This document shows, in pieces, positions 59,931 to 64,000 of a stretch of DNA of 64,000 nucleotides. Below the pieces are notes generated by a model. That model searched no databases, was not told the DNA's origin, and was given only the letters and a program-made list of their open reading frames with translations. The stretch comes from Deltaproteobacteria bacterium. GTDB lineage: Bacteria > Desulfobacterota_D > UBA1144 > Nemesobacterales > JAJCZQ01. The DNA lies in assembly GCA_029262335.1 (NCBI GenBank), contig JAJCZQ010000026.1, positions 24,443-88,442 on the forward strand, given 5' to 3'. Numbering within the stretch: position 1 is the first letter of the stretch; the number at the start of each line of letters is the position of its first letter. The position numbers were made by a program, and so were the translations under genes.

Positions 59931-61121
59931 TTACTCTAAATCCGTGACTGTGTGTATATCTTTGTCACCTCTTCCGGAGAGGCATATTATAACAATCTCG
60001 TCTTTTGACATTTTAGGGGCTGCTTTCATGACCTGTGCAATTGCATGTGAAGTCTCAAGCGCCGGGATAATACCCTCGGTCTTTGAAAGAAATGAAAAAC
60101 CCTCCAGTGCTTCTTTATCAGTAACAGCTGTGTAATCAACAGCGCCCATATCATTAAAATATGAGTGCTCAGGGCCTACGCCCGGATAATCAAGCCCCGC
60201 GGCAATTGAATGGGCACCTTTGACCTGGCCGTTTTCATCCTGAAGCAGGTATGTCTTACTTCCATGGAGCACACCTACCGACCCAACCGAGATTGTGGCT
60301 GAATGATGTTCTGTATCAATTCCAAGCCCTGCTGCCTCTACCCCAAGTTTTTTTACTTCTTCATCTTCAACAAAAGGATAAAAAAGCCCCATTGCATTGG
60401 AGCCGCCGCCTACACATGCTACAAGCAGGTCTGGAAGCCTTCCTTCAGCCTCAAGGATCTGCTTCTTTGTTTCTCTTCCTATAACTGACTGAAAATCCCT
60501 CACCATCATGGGATAAGGATGAGGCCCGGCCACACTTCCTATAATATAAAAAGTGTCTCTCACATTTGTGACCCAATCCCTCATAGCTTCATTCATTGCA
60601 TCTTTAAGCGTTTTGGTACCGGATGTTACGGGAAAGACTTTGGTCCCGAGCAGTTCCATTCTGAATACATTTATAGCCTGCCTCCTGGTATCTTCCTCGC
60701 CCATATAGACAGTACAGTCTTTATTAAAAAGTGCAGATACTGTTGCTGTTGCCACACCATGCTGCCCTGCCCCCGTCTCAGCAATGATCCTGTTTTTCTT
60801 CATTCTTTCGGCAAGGAGTGCCTGGCCGATTGTGTTATTTATCTTGTGTGCGCCTGTGTGACATACATCTTCCCTCTTGAGATATATCTTTGCACCGCCA
60901 AGTTCCCTTGTCATTCGCTCTGCAAAATAAAGAGGAGTGGGCCTGCCAACATAATTTTTGAGATAATAATCTATCTCTTTTTGAAAATTAGGGTCTTTTT
61001 TAGCTTCTTCATATGCATTTTGAAGTTCGGTAAGCGCGGGTATTAATGTTTCAGAAACATACCTGCCTCCAAATTCGCCAAAATGCCCCTTTTCGTCCGG
61101 AAGATTTATATCAATTGCCAT
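59931..61121 (-). CDS. trpB: Tryptophan synthase beta
   Basis: [22 protein letters not shown] and SGRGDKD motifs. Confidence 0.99.
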   Translation of the reverse strand: MAIDINLPDEKGHFGEFGGRYVSETLIPALTELQNAYEEAKKDPNFQKEIDYYLKNYVGRPTPLYFAERMTRELGGAKIYLKREDVCHTGAHKINNTIGQALLAERMKKNRIIAETGAGQHGVATATVSALFNKDCTVYMGEEDTRRQAINVFRMELLGTKVFPVTSGTKTLKDAMNEAMRDWVTNVRDTFYIIGSVAGPHPYPMMVRDFQSVIGRETKKQILEAEGRLPDLLVACVGGGSNAMGLFYPFVEDEEVKKLGVEAAGLGIDTEHHSATISVGSVGVLHGSKTYLLQDENGQVKGAHSIAAGLDYPGVGPEHSYFNDMGAVDYTAVTDKEALEGFSFLSKTEGIIPALETSHAIAQVMKAAPKMSKDEIVIICLSGRGDKDIHTVTDLE

Positions 61122-61728
61122 TTTTTACAGCCTCAACAAATTTATTTATTTTATCAATATCCTTTTTACCCGGATTCTCCTCAACACCTGAGGACACGTC
61201 TACTGCATAAGGATTTAATAGTGTGACCGCCTCTCCAACGTTGCCGGGATTTAAACCACCTGAAAGGATAACATATTTATTTTCAAACGCCTTGTCCTTA
61301 ATAATTCCCCAGTCAAAGGCCTTACCGGTCCCGCCGTATTCGTCCTTCGAATATGTATCAAAAAGTATATAATTCGTATTATATTCCTTAACTTCGTTAA
61401 GTGAAGTGACATCTTTTATTCTGAAAGCTTTTATATAAGGTATTTCAAGTTTATCGCAGTATTCAGGTGTCTCATCTCCGTGGATCTGGAGCAGATCAAG
61501 TTTTACTTCACCGGCTATATCCCTGATAACAGCAGGGTCTTCATTTGTGAAAACACCTACTTTTATGACAAAAGGAGGCAGTTGCCTTGTAATTTCTGCT
61601 GCTAAGGCGGGTTCAATATAACGTTTACTCTTTTTTACAAAAATAAATCCAAGTGCATCTGCCCCCAATCTGACAGCAGAAAGTGCATCTTCTGTATTTG
61701 TAATTCCGCAAATTTTTATTTTTGTCAT
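61111..61728 (-). CDS. trpF: Phosphoribosylanthranilate isomerase
   Basis: KICG, Q.HG.E, GGTG..FDW and DVSSGVE motifs. Confidence 0.97.
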   Translation of the reverse strand: MTKIKICGITNTEDALSAVRLGADALGFIFVKKSKRYIEPALAAEITRQLPPFVIKVGVFTNEDPAVIRDIAGEVKLDLLQIHGDETPEYCDKLEIPYIKAFRIKDVTSLNEVKEYNTNYILFDTYSKDEYGGTGKAFDWGIIKDKAFENKYVILSGGLNPGNVGEAVTLLNPYAVDVSSGVEENPGKKDIDKINKFVEAVKNGN

Positions 61729-61785
61729 AATTCAATATTCGAATGAATAATATGTATAATATTAAAAACGATTTTTACCGCTGAT

Positions 61786-63000
61786 ATGAATATTTTCAAC
61801 TCATTAAGTATCTCCCTAAATGCTTTAAAAGCAAACAAGATGAGGTCATTTCTAACTGCCCTTGGTATCATAATAGGTGTGGCAGCCGTAATCTCTCTTG
61901 TTACGATTACGGATGGTGCGAAAAGAATGATTGAGAACCAGCTCACTGCCCTCGGCGGGAAATCTCTGATAGTAAACAGCGGCCCGCAAACCAAAACCGG
62001 CAGGTCCAATGACAATGCGCTTATAAAACCCCTTACAAGTAAAGACTCCGCGGAGATAAGAAAACTCGATACCGTGCAGTATGTGTCAGAAATACTGGAT
62101 ACAACAGCAACCGTGGTCGCCGGTAATAAGAACTGGTTTACCAAGATTGTGGGAGTGTCTCCTGAATTTACCTATATTAACGACTGGTTTCCCTCAAGGG
62201 GCACGTTTTTTAATAACTATGACGTCGAAAATGCAGGGCTTGTAGCTGTTATTGGCTCATCAGTTCAATCTACTCTTTTTGGAAACGGCAACCCCATAGG
62301 CCAGAAGGTCCGTATTGGTAACTTTACTTATGAGGTTATAGGGGTGATGGACTCGATCGGCCAGACGCCAAGCGGAAAAGACCAGGATGACCTAATAATA
62401 GTCCCATTCACTTCTGTTCAAAAAAGACTCTTAAACGACAATACACTCGACAACATCTCAGTCTCTGTTTTCAGCAAAGATGATTTAAAACCGGCTAAAG
62501 ACCAGATAACAGGAGTTTTGCAGAGGACCCACAACATTTCTCCCACCGGGGAAAATGATTTTCATATCAGGTCACAGGAAAACCAGATTAATACTATTAA
62601 TAATGTACTAAAAATTATGACAGTGCTTCTTGGGAGCATTGCGTCTATTTCACTGATAGTGGGCGGTATCGGGATCATGAACATCATGCTCGTATCCGTA
62701 AGTGAAAGGACCCGCGAGATTGGCATAAGGATGGCAGTAGGTGCGAGGGGGCTTGATATTCTTAAACAGTTCCTGGCCGAAGCAGTTATTTTATCACTAT
62801 TTGGAGGCCTGATAGGAATTCTTATAGGAATGATTGTTTCGCAGGTTGCTTCAGTTATTACAAAATGGCCGGTATCGGTATCAATATTTGCTATCCTGGT
62901 TTCATTTTTCTTTGCTGCTTTAGTTGGAATAATTTTTGGTATATACCCTGCAAGAAAAGCTTCAAAACTTAACCCAATAGAAGCCTTAAGGTATGAGTAA
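61786..63000 (+). CDS. MacB/FtsX-family ABC permease
   Basis: RS.LT.LGIIIGV, VGGIGIMNIM and ERTREIG.R.A.GA motifs. Confidence 0.95.
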   Translation: MNIFNSLSISLNALKANKMRSFLTALGIIIGVAAVISLVTITDGAKRMIENQLTALGGKSLIVNSGPQTKTGRSNDNALIKPLTSKDSAEIRKLDTVQYVSEILDTTATVVAGNKNWFTKIVGVSPEFTYINDWFPSRGTFFNNYDVENAGLVAVIGSSVQSTLFGNGNPIGQKVRIGNFTYEVIGVMDSIGQTPSGKDQDDLIIVPFTSVQKRLLNDNTLDNISVSVFSKDDLKPAKDQITGVLQRTHNISPTGENDFHIRSQENQINTINNVLKIMTVLLGSIASISLIVGGIGIMNIMLVSVSERTREIGIRMAVGARGLDILKQFLAEAVILSLFGGLIGILIGMIVSQVASVITKWPVSVSIFAILVSFFFAALVGIIFGIYPARKASKLNPIEALRYE

Positions 63001-63004
63001 AAAT

Positions 63005-64000
63005 CTATCCACTCTTTTTTAAAATATATCTTTTAAAATTGACAATATTAAGCAGTGCCAGGACCAAAGAAAATGCCAGCAGTGACAGTGCGGCACCAAT
63101 CTGGGCAAAATAAGGTACAAGAATAAATAGAAGAGTTATATAAACCACAAGTGCTATTGTCTCAATCTTGGTCCTGAGACCAGGATTTCCGATGGCAAGA
63201 AATGAAGTACTCGTAAAAGAAGCCAGGTCAGAAATTATCACGGCAAATACAAGTATTCTTACAACGTTTGTTGCAAGCCCGAATTCGCTTCCGTAAATCA
63301 GGCTCAGTATCTGGTCAGCAAATATAAAAACTACTATACCCATTGGAACAATAATTTTTGCCATACCGGTAGTGGCCCTTTTAATCAGGTTTACAAAATT
63401 ATCGATGTTGTCGCTTTCGTAAACTTTTACCAGCTCAGGATAAATCGCCTCGTAAAGCGGGTCGGCAATTTTGGAAATAATTTTCAAAAATGAACGGGCA
63501 AGCTTATAAAGCCCGGCGGCTTCCTTCCCAGCAAAATAACCAAGTATAAGAATACCAAGGTACTTGTCCTTTAAAGCTTTAAGGCTTCCATAGAAACTGG
63601 TATGAAGAAGAAACCTAAAGATCTCCCTGAATCTAAAATCCGGGAAAAAGATCTTTTTCTTCCACCAGCCGTTTAACCCGTGTTCGTTCAGCGTCAGGTG
63701 CACATAGTAAAAGTTTATTAAAAAACCAATAAAGTTGCCTGCAACAAAGGCAACCAGAATACCGTATATACCTTTATCCAGAACTATCGCAATTATTACA
63801 AAAACAATTTTAATAAAATTCTGGATGGAACCTATAAATGCTATTGCCTTGAATTTATCAAATACCCTTAGTATCGCTTTCGAAGTTGTGTTAGGAGAGG
63901 TAATAAAAAGACTGAAAGCATAAACATAAATAAATACTTCCGATCCCGGTGTCTTTAGCAGATACTTTGTAGCAAGCTCTGCGGTAATGGTTGCAACTAT
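63005..64000 (-). CDS. Wzx/MOP-family polysaccharide flippase (5' end beyond window)
   Basis: Frame is open to the window edge. Multiple TM helices, G.Y..A and GAA motifs. Confidence 0.8.
   Translation of the reverse strand: MVATITAELATKYLLKTPGSEVFIYVYAFSLFITSPNTTSKAILRVFDKFKAIAFIGSIQNFIKIVFVIIAIVLDKGIYGILVAFVAGNFIGFLINFYYVHLTLNEHGLNGWWKKKIFFPDFRFREIFRFLLHTSFYGSLKALKDKYLGILILGYFAGKEAAGLYKLARSFLKIISKIADPLYEAIYPELVKVYESDNIDNFVNLIKRATTGMAKIIVPMGIVVFIFADQILSLIYGSEFGLATNVVRILVFAVIISDLASFTSTSFLAIGNPGLRTKIETIALVVYITLLFILVPYFAQIGAALSLLAFSLVLALLNIVNFKRYILKKSG

Overview
AT-rich bacterial chromosomal window of mostly housekeeping genes. Gene content suggests a deltaproteobacteria-like lineage such as Ca. 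Dadabacteria/Desulfobacterota, which is inference only. It carries guaB (partial), mltG, proB, tRNA-Gly(GCC), gdhA, gyrA, rsmD-coaD-aspC, tRNA-Ala(GGC), hom-ntrB-ntrC, rnc, glnB-glnA, an isolated nuoJKL, nth, a sigma54-driven type IV pilin, yefM-yoeB, a sigma70-family factor, argC with an AMP-ligase and ACP, and trpFBA. I saw no CRISPR array, prophage or transposase. The strongest hidden signals are regulatory or recoding elements. (1) A MoxR-type AAA+ gene and a VWA gene are joined by an A10 run where the -1 frame opens, a candidate programmed frameshift giving AAA and AAA-VWA products. (2) A secreted leader ORF ending in the RAPP arrest motif overlaps a hairpin that hides the SD of a His/Met-rich outer-membrane barrel gene. 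(3) A candidate NtrC/sigma54-dependent sRNA has an anti-SD seed and a promoter geometry matching glnB. (4) A second candidate sRNA is complementary to the pilin RBS. (5) An unannotated 49-aa, two-repeat, highly basic protein is followed by a predicted three-way-junction RNA. All of these were read by eye and need computational or experimental confirmation.
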